Shown here: in pieces, positions 38,859-48,606 of the stretch
Layout: every line of letters begins with the position of its first letter
Numbering within the stretch: the stretch's first letter is position 1
Assembly (NCBI GenBank): GCA_945929845.1
Contig: CAMEON010000005.1
Span: forward strand, 1-63,571
DNA length: 63,571 nt
Reading direction: 5' to 3'
From: an uncultured Clostridia bacterium
GTDB lineage: Bacteria; Bacillota; Clostridia; Oscillospirales; CAG-272
The notes under the pieces: generated by a model
The model's database searches: none
What the model was told of the DNA's origin: nothing
The model's input: only the letters and a program-made list of their open reading frames with translations
Made by a program: the position numbers and the translations under genes

Positions 38859-41672
38859 ATGGCCAAGGATTACACAAGCACGCTCAATCTGCCGGCAACC
38901 GGCTTCTCCATGAGAGCCAACCTGCCCCAGAGGGAGCCGGAGACGCTGAAGTACTGGGACAGCATGGATCTGTACCACTCCATGCTGAAGGAACGGGAAG
39001 GGAAGCCTACCTTCCTTCTGCACGACGGCCCGCCCTTTTCCAACGGCAATATCCACATGGGCACGGCACTCAATAAAATATTGAAGGATTTCATCAATAA
39101 ATCCAAGACCATGGAGGGCTACCGTGTACCCTACATTCCCGGCTGGGACAACCACGGCATGCCCATTGAGTCCGCCATCATCAAGAAGAACAAGCTGGAT
39201 CGGCGCAAGATGTCCATCCCCGAGTTCCGTTCGGCCTGTCATGACTTCGCCGCCAAGTATGTGGATGTCCAGCGGAACCAGTTCATCCGCCTGGGTGTCA
39301 GTGGCGACTGGGCGGAGCCGTACCTGACCATGAAGCCCTCCTTTGAGGGGCGGGAGGTCAAGGTGTTCGGTGAGATGTACAAAAAGGGTTACATTTACAA
39401 GGGCCTGAAGCCGGTGTACTGGTGCCCCAAGTGCGAAACAGCCCTGGCCGAGGCAGAGATCGAGTATCAGACCGACCCCTGCACCTCCATTTATGTCAAG
39501 TTCCGGGTGTCGGATGACTCCGCCTGCGCCGCCGGACATAAGCTGTCCGATTACGCCGACCTGTCAAACACCTACTTCATCATCTGGACCACCACCACCT
39601 GGACCCTGCCCGGCAACCTGGCCATTGCCCTGAACCCGGCTGAGTCCTATGTGCTGGTGAAGGCCTCCGACGGCCATGCCTATGTGGTGGCAGAAGCCCT
39701 CTGCGAGAAGACCATGAAGGCCGGCGGCGTGGAGAGCTGGGAGACCCTGGCCACCTTCCGGGGGCAGGAGCTGGAGTTCGTCAAGACCCGGCATCCCTTC
39801 CTGGACAGGGACAGCGTGGTGCTGATGGCGGATTATGTCACCATGGACTCCGGTACCGGCTGTGTCCATACCGCCCCCGGCTTCGGTGCCGACGACTACC
39901 TGACCTGCAAGCGGTACAACATGGACATTCTGGTTCCCGTGGACGACCGGGGGTACCAGACCGCCGATGCAGGCAAGTTCGCCGGTATGTACTACGCCGA
40001 TTCCAATGCCGCCATCCTGGCTGACCTGAAGGAGAGCGGTGCCCTGTTCGCCTCCGAGGATATTGCCCACGAGTACCCCCACTGCTGGCGGTGCAAGAGC
40101 CCCATCATCTTCCGGGCCACTCCCCAGTGGTTCTGCTCGGTGGATGCCTTCAAGGAGGAGGCGGTGGAGGCCTGCCATCAGGTGAACTGGATCCCCGCCT
40201 GGGGCGAGGAACGGATGATCCAGATGGTGCGTGAGCGGGCTGACTGGTGTATCTCCCGTCAGCGGCACTGGGGTCTGCCGATCCCGGTGTTCTACTGTGA
40301 CACCTGCGGCAAGCCGGTCTGCACCCCCGAGACCATCGACCGGGTGTCCGAGCTGTTCGCCACATACGGCTCCAACTGCTGGTTTGAAAAGGAGACCGCC
40401 GACCTTCTGCCGGAGGGCTTCACCTGCCCCCATTGCGGCGGTGCCTCCTTCACCAAGGAGCTGAACACGCTGGACGGCTGGTTTGACTCCGGCTCCTCCC
40501 ACTTCGCTGTCATTGAGGACAAGGAAGGCCTCAAGTGGCCCGCCGATGTGTACCTGGAGGGAGCCGACCAGTACCGTGGCTGGTTCCAGTCCTCCCTCCT
40601 GACCGCTGTCGGTGCCAAAGGACAGGGCGCACCCTACAAGACCGTGCTGACCCATGGCTGGGTGGTGGACGGCGAGGGTCGCACCATGCACAAGTCCTTA
40701 GGCAACGGCGTGGATCCGGACGATGTGGTCAAGAAGTACGGTGCTGACATTGTGCGCCTGTGGGCGGCATCCAGCGACTACCACGCCGATGTCCGCTGTT
40801 CGGATGCCATCTTCCGTCAGTTGTCCGAGACCTACCGGAAGATCCGGAACACCGCCCGCATCCTGCTGGCCAACCTGGGCGATTTCGATCCCGACACCGA
40901 CATCGTGCCCGCCGAGGCACTGCACGATGTGGACAAGTGGATCCTGTCCCGCCTGAATCAGCTCATCAAGGTGTGCCGGGACGGGTATGATACCTATGAA
41001 TTCCACACTGTCACCCATGCCATCAGCAACTTCTGCACCAACGACCTGTCCAAGCTGTATGTGGATATCACCAAGGACAGACTGTACACCGATGCCAAGA
41101 CCTCGGTCAGCCGTCGGTGCGCCCAGACAGCCATGTATACCGTGGTGTCTGCCCTGTGCCGCCTGATGGCTCCCATCCTGTCCTTCACCGCCGAGGAAAT
41201 CTGGCAGAGTATGCCGCACAAAGCGGAAGAGAAGGGAGCCAGCGTGTTCCTGAACGATATGCCTGTGTACGATGAGGCCTATGACTTCCCGGCACTGAGC
41301 GAGCAGTGGAACCGCCTGCTGGATCTGCGGGATGATGTGATGAAGGCACTGGAGCTGGCCCGGGCCGACAAGCAGATCGGCAAGTCACTGGATGCCAAGG
41401 TGACTGTCTGGACAGAGGACGAGGCACAGTATGAGCTACTGGACAGCTTTGCCGGGCAACTGCCCCTGATCTTCATCACCTCCGCCGCCAAGGTGGTCAA
41501 GGGAGCCGCCCCGGAGGGTGCCCTCACCGAGACTGCCTCCGGCATCGCCGTGCTGGTGGAGCCGGCAGACGGCTGTAAGTGTGACCGTTGCTGGACCTAT
41601 GTGACCGACGGCACCCAGGTGGAGGACGCATACCTCTGCCCCCGGTGTAAGAAGGTGGTTTTCGGGCAATAA
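38859..41672 (+). CDS. ileS: Isoleucine--tRNA ligase (type 1, C-terminal Zn finger)
   Basis: LHDGPP, PGWDNHG, IWTTTTWTLP, GTGCVHTAPG, DWCISRQR, YLEGADQYRGWF, CDRCW...CPRC. Confidence 0.97.
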   Translation: MAKDYTSTLNLPATGFSMRANLPQREPETLKYWDSMDLYHSMLKEREGKPTFLLHDGPPFSNGNIHMGTALNKILKDFINKSKTMEGYRVPYIPGWDNHGMPIESAIIKKNKLDRRKMSIPEFRSACHDFAAKYVDVQRNQFIRLGVSGDWAEPYLTMKPSFEGREVKVFGEMYKKGYIYKGLKPVYWCPKCETALAEAEIEYQTDPCTSIYVKFRVSDDSACAAGHKLSDYADLSNTYFIIWTTTTWTLPGNLAIALNPAESYVLVKASDGHAYVVAEALCEKTMKAGGVESWETLATFRGQELEFVKTRHPFLDRDSVVLMADYVTMDSGTGCVHTAPGFGADDYLTCKRYNMDILVPVDDRGYQTADAGKFAGMYYADSNAAILADLKESGALFASEDIAHEYPHCWRCKSPIIFRATPQWFCSVDAFKEEAVEACHQVNWIPAWGEERMIQMVRERADWCISRQRHWGLPIPVFYCDTCGKPVCTPETIDRVSELFATYGSNCWFEKETADLLPEGFTCPHCGGASFTKELNTLDGWFDSGSSHFAVIEDKEGLKWPADVYLEGADQYRGWFQSSLLTAVGAKGQGAPYKTVLTHGWVVDGEGRTMHKSLGNGVDPDDVVKKYGADIVRLWAASSDYHADVRCSDAIFRQLSETYRKIRNTARILLANLGDFDPDTDIVPAEALHDVDKWILSRLNQLIKVCRDGYDTYEFHTVTHAISNFCTNDLSKLYVDITKDRLYTDAKTSVSRRCAQTAMYTVVSALCRLMAPILSFTAEEIWQSMPHKAEEKGASVFLNDMPVYDEAYDFPALSEQWNRLLDLRDDVMKALELARADKQIGKSLDAKVTVWTEDEAQYELLDSFAGQLPLIFITSAAKVVKGAAPEGALTETASGIAVLVEPADGCKCDRCWTYVTDGTQVEDAYLCPRCKKVVFGQ

Positions 41673-41789
41673 TGACTCCGACCCCGGTCTTCCGGGACGG
41701 GAGAGACCCAGAGAGTGGGGAGATCGTGCCGGGAACGGCACGCTGGCCGTCCCCTCTCTGGGAACCTTTGTATAGAGAGGCTTTTCGCT

Positions 41790-42434
41790 ATGTATATCTG
41801 GTTTATCCTGATGGCCCTGATCGTATTTGTTGACCAACTGACCAAGTACCTGACGGTCTTCTATCTCAAGCCGGTGGACACGGTCCCCCTCATTCAGGAT
41901 GTTCTGCACCTGACCTATGTGGAGAACCGGGGTGCCGCCTTCGGGATGCTGTCGGAAAACCGGTGGGTGTTCATGACCGTGTCCATCGTGGCCATCCTGC
42001 TCCTTGTGGTCTACCTCATCTGGAAAAAGCCCAAGGACAAGTGGGTGTGCCTGTCCCTGTCCTTCATCATCGGCGGCGGTATCGGCAATATGATCGACCG
42101 GGTGGCACTGGGGTATGTGGTGGATATGATCGACTTCCGTCTGATCCACTTCGCCGTGTTCAATGTGGCGGACTCCTTTGTGTGCGTGGGGGCGGGGATC
42201 CTCATGGTCTGGCTGATCGTCACCGGATTCCGGGAGTACAAGGCGGAGAAGTCCGCCCGGGTCGCCGCTGCCGGTGCGGATGAAGGTTCCGACATGGCGG
42301 ACAGCCCGGCGGAGGACACACCGATTGACCCGGCGGCCGACCCTACGGTAGAGGCAGAGAAAGCAGACACGGTGTCTGCCACGGAAACAACCGAAGATAC
42401 AACGGAGGAAGATCATGACCATCCCGTCCCATGA
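41790..42434 (+). CDS. lspA: Lipoprotein signal peptidase with acidic C-terminal tail
   Basis: DQLTK, NRGAAFG, GGIGNMIDR, VVDMI, FNVAD. Confidence 0.93.
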   Translation: MYIWFILMALIVFVDQLTKYLTVFYLKPVDTVPLIQDVLHLTYVENRGAAFGMLSENRWVFMTVSIVAILLLVVYLIWKKPKDKWVCLSLSFIIGGGIGNMIDRVALGYVVDMIDFRLIHFAVFNVADSFVCVGAGILMVWLIVTGFREYKAEKSARVAAAGADEGSDMADSPAEDTPIDPAADPTVEAEKADTVSATETTEDTTEEDHDHPVP

Positions 42435-43467
42435 CCCCTGGCAGGACACGGAGGCGGAGGAACTACAGACCGTGTCCTACACCGTCCCGGAGTCTGCCGC
42501 CGGGGTGCGGCTGGATCAGTTCCTGCCGGAGGTCACGGAGCTTTCCCGAGCCGCCACCGTGCGCCTGCTCCAGGGGGGACTTGTGACCCTGCTTCCCCCG
42601 GGCGGGGGTCAGCCGACAGTCCCGGATAAGAAGACCAGACTGAAGCCGGGGGACTGCCTGACCGTCACCTTTCCCGTCCCGACCGAGGGGGAGATCCTGC
42701 CGGAGGACATTCCCCTTGACATAGTGTATGAGGACGGGGATATACTGGTGGTCAACAAACCGGCGGGCATGGTGGTACACCCGGCACCGGGCAACCTGTC
42801 CGGTACTCTGGTCAACGCCCTGATGTACCACTGCGGGGACAGCCTGTCCGGCATCGGCGGCGTGATACGCCCCGGCATTGTCCACCGCATAGACAAGGAC
42901 ACCAGCGGTCTTCTGGTGGTGGCGAAAAACGATGCCGCCCACCGGGCACTGTCAGACCAGCTCAAGACCCACACCGTCAGCCGGATATACTACGCTGTCT
43001 GCGTAGGCAACCTCCGGGAGGACAGCGGCACGGTGAGCCTGCCCATTGGCCGCAACCCCACGGATCGCAAGAAGATGGCCGCCTTTCCTGCCGGGTACCG
43101 GGGGGAGGGGAACGCCACGGTGCGGGAGGCTGTCACCCACTACACCGTGCTGGAACGGTTTCCTTTAGGTAGGCGGTGGGGGCAGTCCTTTACTTTCGTC
43201 CGCTGTCAGCTGGAGACAGGCCGCACCCACCAGATACGGGTACATCTGTCCGCCCTGGGGCATCCCCTCTTAGGGGATCCTCTGTATGGGGGGGACGGCA
43301 CCCGCTTCGGCCGCACCTTTGGCTCCCTTTTGCACGGGCAGGTGCTCCACGCCGGAGAACTGCGGCTGATACACCCCCGTACCGGGGCGGACATGGTGTT
43401 CACCTGTGACCTGCCAACGGATTTTTCCCGCCTGCTTGCCGTTCTCCGGCAGGAGGCAGAGCAGTAA
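42415..43467 (+). CDS. RluA/RluD-family pseudouridine synthase
   Basis: S4-like RLD, VVNKPAGMVVHP, RPGIVHRIDKDTSG, LETGRTHQIRVH, GDPLYG. Confidence 0.93.
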   Translation: MTIPSHDPWQDTEAEELQTVSYTVPESAAGVRLDQFLPEVTELSRAATVRLLQGGLVTLLPPGGGQPTVPDKKTRLKPGDCLTVTFPVPTEGEILPEDIPLDIVYEDGDILVVNKPAGMVVHPAPGNLSGTLVNALMYHCGDSLSGIGGVIRPGIVHRIDKDTSGLLVVAKNDAAHRALSDQLKTHTVSRIYYAVCVGNLREDSGTVSLPIGRNPTDRKKMAAFPAGYRGEGNATVREAVTHYTVLERFPLGRRWGQSFTFVRCQLETGRTHQIRVHLSALGHPLLGDPLYGGDGTRFGRTFGSLLHGQVLHAGELRLIHPRTGADMVFTCDLPTDFSRLLAVLRQEAEQ

Positions 43468-43524
43468 ACTGTCCGAAACGGGGTACGCCCCGTAACATGT
43501 ATACATGAAGAAAGGAATACAACC

Positions 43525-44781
43525 ATGAGCGTAACCATTGACATGAAGAACGCCTATCCCATCGGCTTCTGGAACTACCCCAATGTGAACAAGACACCCG
43601 TATCGGATGTGGCCCGGTGGAAGAATGCCGGGATCACCTGCAACCAGACCCCCTTCTTCTCCTATGGAAGCAACGATCCGGCCAAGATGACCGCCATGCT
43701 GGACGAGATGCACGCCCAGGGGATGCGTGCCATCGTGTGCATCAGCGACCTGGATTTCCATCGGTTCGTGGGGCACCGGGAGGATTTCCGCCCGGTATTT
43801 GAGAGGGCGTACGCCGATTTCGGGCGTCATCCGGCCACGCTGGGCTTTTTCGTCGGGGATGAGCCGTTGCGCCGGGAGGAATTTGATGCCTGCGTGTATG
43901 CCTACCAGGTCATGCGGGAGGTGGCACCGGAGCTGACCCCCTTGCTCAATTTCAATCCCTACTGGGTGGGGATGGAGAATGACCTGCTGGGCGGCCAGCC
44001 CTTTGATGCCTGGTTGGACAATTTCATCAGGGAGTCCGGCTGTCCGCTGATCTGCTACGACTGCTACTGGCAGATGAATCCGGAGGAGGAGGGCACCAAC
44101 CTGTACTTCCTCAACCTGCATAACTATGTAGGGGCCGCCGAGCGGAACGGCATCCAGGTGTGGAATACCCTCCTGTCCTGCGGGCATTTCCGCTACCGGG
44201 TCCCCTCCGAGGACGATCTGCGCTGGCAGTTGTCCACCACGGTAGCCAGCGGCTGTAACGGGATCCTGTGGTTCCTCTGGTACGGGGAGGACAGCCGCAA
44301 CAACTACCGGGGCATGCCGGTGGATGAGCTGGGGGAGGAGTCCGCAACCTATGCCGCCCTGCGCCGGGTCCAGCTACTGTTCCACTGGCGGTACGGCGCA
44401 CTCCTGCACAGCCTGCGCCACACCGACACCTTCCACTTCTGTAAGGCGTTCGGGAATTACCCACTGTACAAGACCTATGACCTGCCCCATATCCGCAAGA
44501 TGACCAGTGACAACGGACTGCCGGGCATCGTCAGCCGCTTTGTGGATAAGGACGGCGTGGAGTACCTGGTGTTGGTCAACAATACCCCGAAGGAGTCCGG
44601 TTTGTTCTGCTTCCACCTTGACCCCGGCGTGAAGCACATCTGGCGCTACTGGAACGATGGGGAAGTCACCGACTTCATCCAGAGCCATCATGATGCGGTC
44701 TATGCCGACCACGGCTCCTTTGTCCAGGCCGGTGTCTGGCTGGCCCCCGGTCAGATGGAAGTTTTCCGGCTGGAATACTGA
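43525..44781 (+). CDS. Hypothetical protein, probable TIM-barrel glycoside hydrolase-like
   Basis: 418-aa ORF with GAAAGGA RBS; HPATLGFFVGDEP, ICYDCY and GILWF resemble clan-A GH motifs. Confidence 0.5.
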   Translation: MSVTIDMKNAYPIGFWNYPNVNKTPVSDVARWKNAGITCNQTPFFSYGSNDPAKMTAMLDEMHAQGMRAIVCISDLDFHRFVGHREDFRPVFERAYADFGRHPATLGFFVGDEPLRREEFDACVYAYQVMREVAPELTPLLNFNPYWVGMENDLLGGQPFDAWLDNFIRESGCPLICYDCYWQMNPEEEGTNLYFLNLHNYVGAAERNGIQVWNTLLSCGHFRYRVPSEDDLRWQLSTTVASGCNGILWFLWYGEDSRNNYRGMPVDELGEESATYAALRRVQLLFHWRYGALLHSLRHTDTFHFCKAFGNYPLYKTYDLPHIRKMTSDNGLPGIVSRFVDKDGVEYLVLVNNTPKESGLFCFHLDPGVKHIWRYWNDGEVTDFIQSHHDAVYADHGSFVQAGVWLAPGQMEVFRLEY

Positions 44782-44830
44782 TGCCGTACATGCGGCAATG
44801 AAACTGTAAGAATGGGAGAGATCGCTACCG

Positions 44831-45706
44831 ATGTCCATGCCTGACCCGCGTAACCCGCTTCCCCGTGATCCGGCCATGCCCTACGCCCACATCCTGCTGG
44901 CCACCGACCTTGACGGCACCTTCTTGGGGCCGGACAGCCGTCCGGTACCCCGGAACATCCGGGCGGTGGAGCGGTTCAAGGCAGGCGGCGGCTACTTCAC
45001 AGCGGCCACAGGACGCATCCATATGGATCTGCTCCGCATCATTCCCGATGCGGCCACCCTGTTCAATGCGCCTGCCATCATGGCCAACGGTGCCTACCTG
45101 TATGATTTTGCTACCGGAGAGTCATTTGCAGAGACGCTGATGGAGCCGGAGGCTGTGCTGGCCTTTGTCCGCTTTGTCCGTGACCGGATCCCGGATGTGG
45201 GGGTGCGCCTTTCCACCTCCCGGGGCTTCCTGGCGGACAGTGAGGATCAGAATCCCTTTATCCTTCGGGATATGAGAGGTGGTCACCGGTGTCGGAATGC
45301 CCTGCTGATCCCCATGAGCCAGTGGCCTCTGGATGAAATGAAGCTGTACAAAATGGTGGTGCGGGGCACGCCGGAGGCTTTGGTTGCCGCCCGGCGGACG
45401 CTTGAGAACCACTTCGGCGACCTGTTCTCCTACACCTCCTCCAGTCCCTCCTTCCTTGAGGTTCAGGCCGGAGGCTGTACAAAGGGTACCGGACTTGCCT
45501 CCCTGTCCGCATGGCTGGAAAACAGGACAGGTCAAAAGCCTCTGACGCTGGCGGCGGGGAACCATGAGAATGACCTGCCTATGCTGGAGGCCGCTGACGA
45601 GGCCGCCTGCCCGTCGGATGCACTGGCGGACATCAAGCCTTTTTGCCGCTACATTCTCTGCCCCTATGCCGAGGGCTGTATTGCAGACCTGATCGACAGA
45701 CTGTAA
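44831..45706 (+). CDS. HAD-superfamily (Cof-like) hydrolase
   Basis: TDLDGT, ATGR, NGA, TKG, GNHENDLPML. Confidence 0.88.
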   Translation: MSMPDPRNPLPRDPAMPYAHILLATDLDGTFLGPDSRPVPRNIRAVERFKAGGGYFTAATGRIHMDLLRIIPDAATLFNAPAIMANGAYLYDFATGESFAETLMEPEAVLAFVRFVRDRIPDVGVRLSTSRGFLADSEDQNPFILRDMRGGHRCRNALLIPMSQWPLDEMKLYKMVVRGTPEALVAARRTLENHFGDLFSYTSSSPSFLEVQAGGCTKGTGLASLSAWLENRTGQKPLTLAAGNHENDLPMLEAADEAACPSDALADIKPFCRYILCPYAEGCIADLIDRL

Positions 45707-45919
45707 TGAGTGGCTGAACGGTGACCCCCAAATGTGACCAATTTGTAAAAATCCAGTGCAGACTATTGAGACTATGCGGAGAATATGGTATAATACACCC
45801 AAGTATACGCTCAGGGCATGTCGGAACAACAGGCGGTAGCCAATGTCCGGTAGCCGGAAGCGTAGAAACCAAAGAAGCATACAAGCAAGCAAACACCAAA
45901 GAAAGATGAGGTTACGATC

Positions 45920-48532
45920 GTGAAAACAATGCGTTTTCGATGGCTGGCTGTGGCACTCCTCGCCATAGCCCTGGTAGTGTCCTTGGTATCCTGCCAGGAC
46001 AAGACACCTTCCGGTGATGAGACGGATACGCAAACGGAGTCAGAAGGAACCGTGACTGAAGTGCCTACCGAGGAACCGACCGAAGCACCCACCGAAACAC
46101 CCACGGAGACTGACCTGCCAGATACGGAGCCGGAGACCACGGTACCGGAGGAGACCACAGAGGAAGTCACCACCCTGCGGGAACTGACCTGGGAGAGTTA
46201 TGACCCCGCCCTGGACAACAGCACCGTGGATGTCACCGTTACCCCGGATGTCAGACCCACCACCTGGGTGGCAACGGACGGCCTGGGTCGGATCCTGCCG
46301 ATCAACAGCGAGACCGGCGGCGTGAGAGAGGATAAGACCGTCGCCATCTTCTACTGGACATGGCATGGAAATTTCGGAGACAGCCAGACCGCTTACAACA
46401 ACCAGCAGAACCTGGATAAGCTGTATGCCGCCGGGTACGAGAAGGCGGATTACTGGACGCTGCCCAAGTCCCGCCTCCGTGAGCTGGGTATTTATGTGAA
46501 CAATGCCTCCTACCATTTCTGGGATGAACCGGTGTACGGTTACTACGACGGGGACGACGAGTGGGTCATCCGGAAGCAGGCGGAGCTTCTGGCTGCTGCC
46601 GGCGTGGATGTGGTCTTCTTTGACAACACCAACGGTTCCTTTACCTGGCTGGAGACCGCTCTCCATGTGATGAAGGTCTTTTCCGAGGCCAGAGCCGAAG
46701 GCGTCAATGCGCCCTGCGTGTCCTTCCTGTTGCCTTTCGGTCCCACAGATGGAGCCCGGCAACAGTTGCTCAGCCTGTATACCAATATTTACGAGAAGGC
46801 TCTGTACCCGGAGGTGTGGTACTACCTGGACGGGAAGCCCATGCTCATGGGTTACAGCAGTAGCCTGGATTCCAGCGACGAACGGCAGGCAGAGATCAAG
46901 GATTTCTTCACCTGGCGTGTGAATCGGGCAGGATATCTGGACATTGAGACCGGAGCCAACCAGTGGGGCTGGCTGTCCGTGTTCCCGCAGGCATACTTCC
47001 ACAACGCCGCCGGATCCATCGAGCAGATGACAGTGGGTGTGGCCGTCAACCATGACTATGTGAAGCATGTCATCGCGCCTATGAGCGGTGAGAACATCAT
47101 CGGCCGTACCTGGACTAACCGGGGCTACGATGCCCAGGAAAACGCCCTGTACTACGGTGCCTGCTTCGCCCAGCAGTGGGAGAATGCCCTGTCCGTTGAC
47201 CCGGATATTGTCTTTGTCACAGGCTGGAACGAGTGGGTCGCCTTGCGTTTGCCGAACTGGGCTGATATGTACTACAACTGCTATGTGGACCAGTTCAACG
47301 CCGAGTACAGCCGTGACTGCGAACCCTCCAATGGCATCCTGAAGGATTACTACTACTACCAGTTGGTCTCCTACATCCGCCAGTTCAAGGGCACCGAGGC
47401 CGTGGAGCAGGCTTCCGAGGAGAAGCTGATCGATGTCAACGGCGGGTATGGTCAGTTCGCCGATGTGACCCCCACCTACACGGATTATATCGGACTGCCG
47501 GACAGAGATGCGGACGGCTACCGTGATCCCGTCACAGGCATCCGGTTCCACTACACCAACACCTCCGGCCGCAACGATATTTTCGACTGCAAGGTAGCCA
47601 GGGATTACGAGAATCTGTACTTCATGGTGCGTACCGTGGAGGATCTGACCCCCTACACCGATGCAGACTGGATGCACCTGTACATCAGCGTTGGTGAGAC
47701 GGACACCCACTGGGAGAACTACGAGTATGTCATCAACAAGACAGCCCCGGAGGCTGACAAGGCCTATGTGGAGAAGTTCACCGGTAACGGCTACGAATCC
47801 ACCGTGGTCGGTCAGATTTCCTACCATGTCAACGGCAATGTGATGATCATCTGCGTCCCCAAGACCATGCTGGGGATCGACGCGGCTACCCTGGATTTCA
47901 CCATTGATTTCAAGTGGACGGACAACACCGGCGTGGACGAAGAGGGCGACATCATGCTCTGGTACACCAATGGCGATGTGGCACCGGTGGGCCGGTTCAA
48001 CTACCGCTATACCACCACTGCCCCGGAGGCCTATGTGGAGATCGAGAAGGTGTACGGCTGGTCCCTCATGGACTTTACCGACAAGGATGTAACGGATCAC
48101 TTCGAGGAGCATATCCTGTCCTCCGTAAGTGGGGGATCCGCTGTTCTGAATGAGGACGGCCTGGTGCTGACCCCTGACTCTACGGATACAAAGGTGATCC
48201 TTTCCTACGATTATTCAACAGTGGGCATTTCCATGGATGCGTACAAGTACATTGCCATCACCTACAAGACCGACAGCCTGTCCCAGCTTAAGGTTGCCCC
48301 TGCCGGAGGCAAATATCCCACACCCGGGTCTACCCGTTCCCAGACCATGGATCTTGTGACAGACGGGGAATACCATACGGTTGTGCTGGACATGACCGGC
48401 AATAAGGAATCCCGTTACTGGTGCGGCGGGTATGTGACCAAGGTGGGCTTCCTGTTCCCCAGTGTGGAAAGCGGTGACAGCGTGACTATCCGTTCCATCC
48501 AGTTCCTGAAGGAACCCCCTGTGGAGGAGTAA
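45920..48532 (+). CDS. Lipoprotein glycanase (GH99/GH71-like), paralog of 13838..17773
   Basis: GTG start, lipobox LVSC, PTE-rich linker; TWVATDGLGR, FWDEPVYGYY, AAGVDVVFFD, VTGWNEW, YSRDCEP, YYYQLVSYIRQFKG. Confidence 0.72.
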   Translation: MKTMRFRWLAVALLAIALVVSLVSCQDKTPSGDETDTQTESEGTVTEVPTEEPTEAPTETPTETDLPDTEPETTVPEETTEEVTTLRELTWESYDPALDNSTVDVTVTPDVRPTTWVATDGLGRILPINSETGGVREDKTVAIFYWTWHGNFGDSQTAYNNQQNLDKLYAAGYEKADYWTLPKSRLRELGIYVNNASYHFWDEPVYGYYDGDDEWVIRKQAELLAAAGVDVVFFDNTNGSFTWLETALHVMKVFSEARAEGVNAPCVSFLLPFGPTDGARQQLLSLYTNIYEKALYPEVWYYLDGKPMLMGYSSSLDSSDERQAEIKDFFTWRVNRAGYLDIETGANQWGWLSVFPQAYFHNAAGSIEQMTVGVAVNHDYVKHVIAPMSGENIIGRTWTNRGYDAQENALYYGACFAQQWENALSVDPDIVFVTGWNEWVALRLPNWADMYYNCYVDQFNAEYSRDCEPSNGILKDYYYYQLVSYIRQFKGTEAVEQASEEKLIDVNGGYGQFADVTPTYTDYIGLPDRDADGYRDPVTGIRFHYTNTSGRNDIFDCKVARDYENLYFMVRTVEDLTPYTDADWMHLYISVGETDTHWENYEYVINKTAPEADKAYVEKFTGNGYESTVVGQISYHVNGNVMIICVPKTMLGIDAATLDFTIDFKWTDNTGVDEEGDIMLWYTNGDVAPVGRFNYRYTTTAPEAYVEIEKVYGWSLMDFTDKDVTDHFEEHILSSVSGGSAVLNEDGLVLTPDSTDTKVILSYDYSTVGISMDAYKYIAITYKTDSLSQLKVAPAGGKYPTPGSTRSQTMDLVTDGEYHTVVLDMTGNKESRYWCGGYVTKVGFLFPSVESGDSVTIRSIQFLKEPPVEE

Positions 48533-48606
48533 AATACCAGAATCAGAATGATCCCCCGGCTTCCCTGTGAGGCCGGGGGAATAGTGAAGTGAAAGGAAAG
48601 ACAGTT

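Noticed and set aside
45795-45919. Riboswitch in the leader of the lipoprotein glycanase
   Set aside because: Only a short palindrome (tccggtagccgga); no recognisable aptamer
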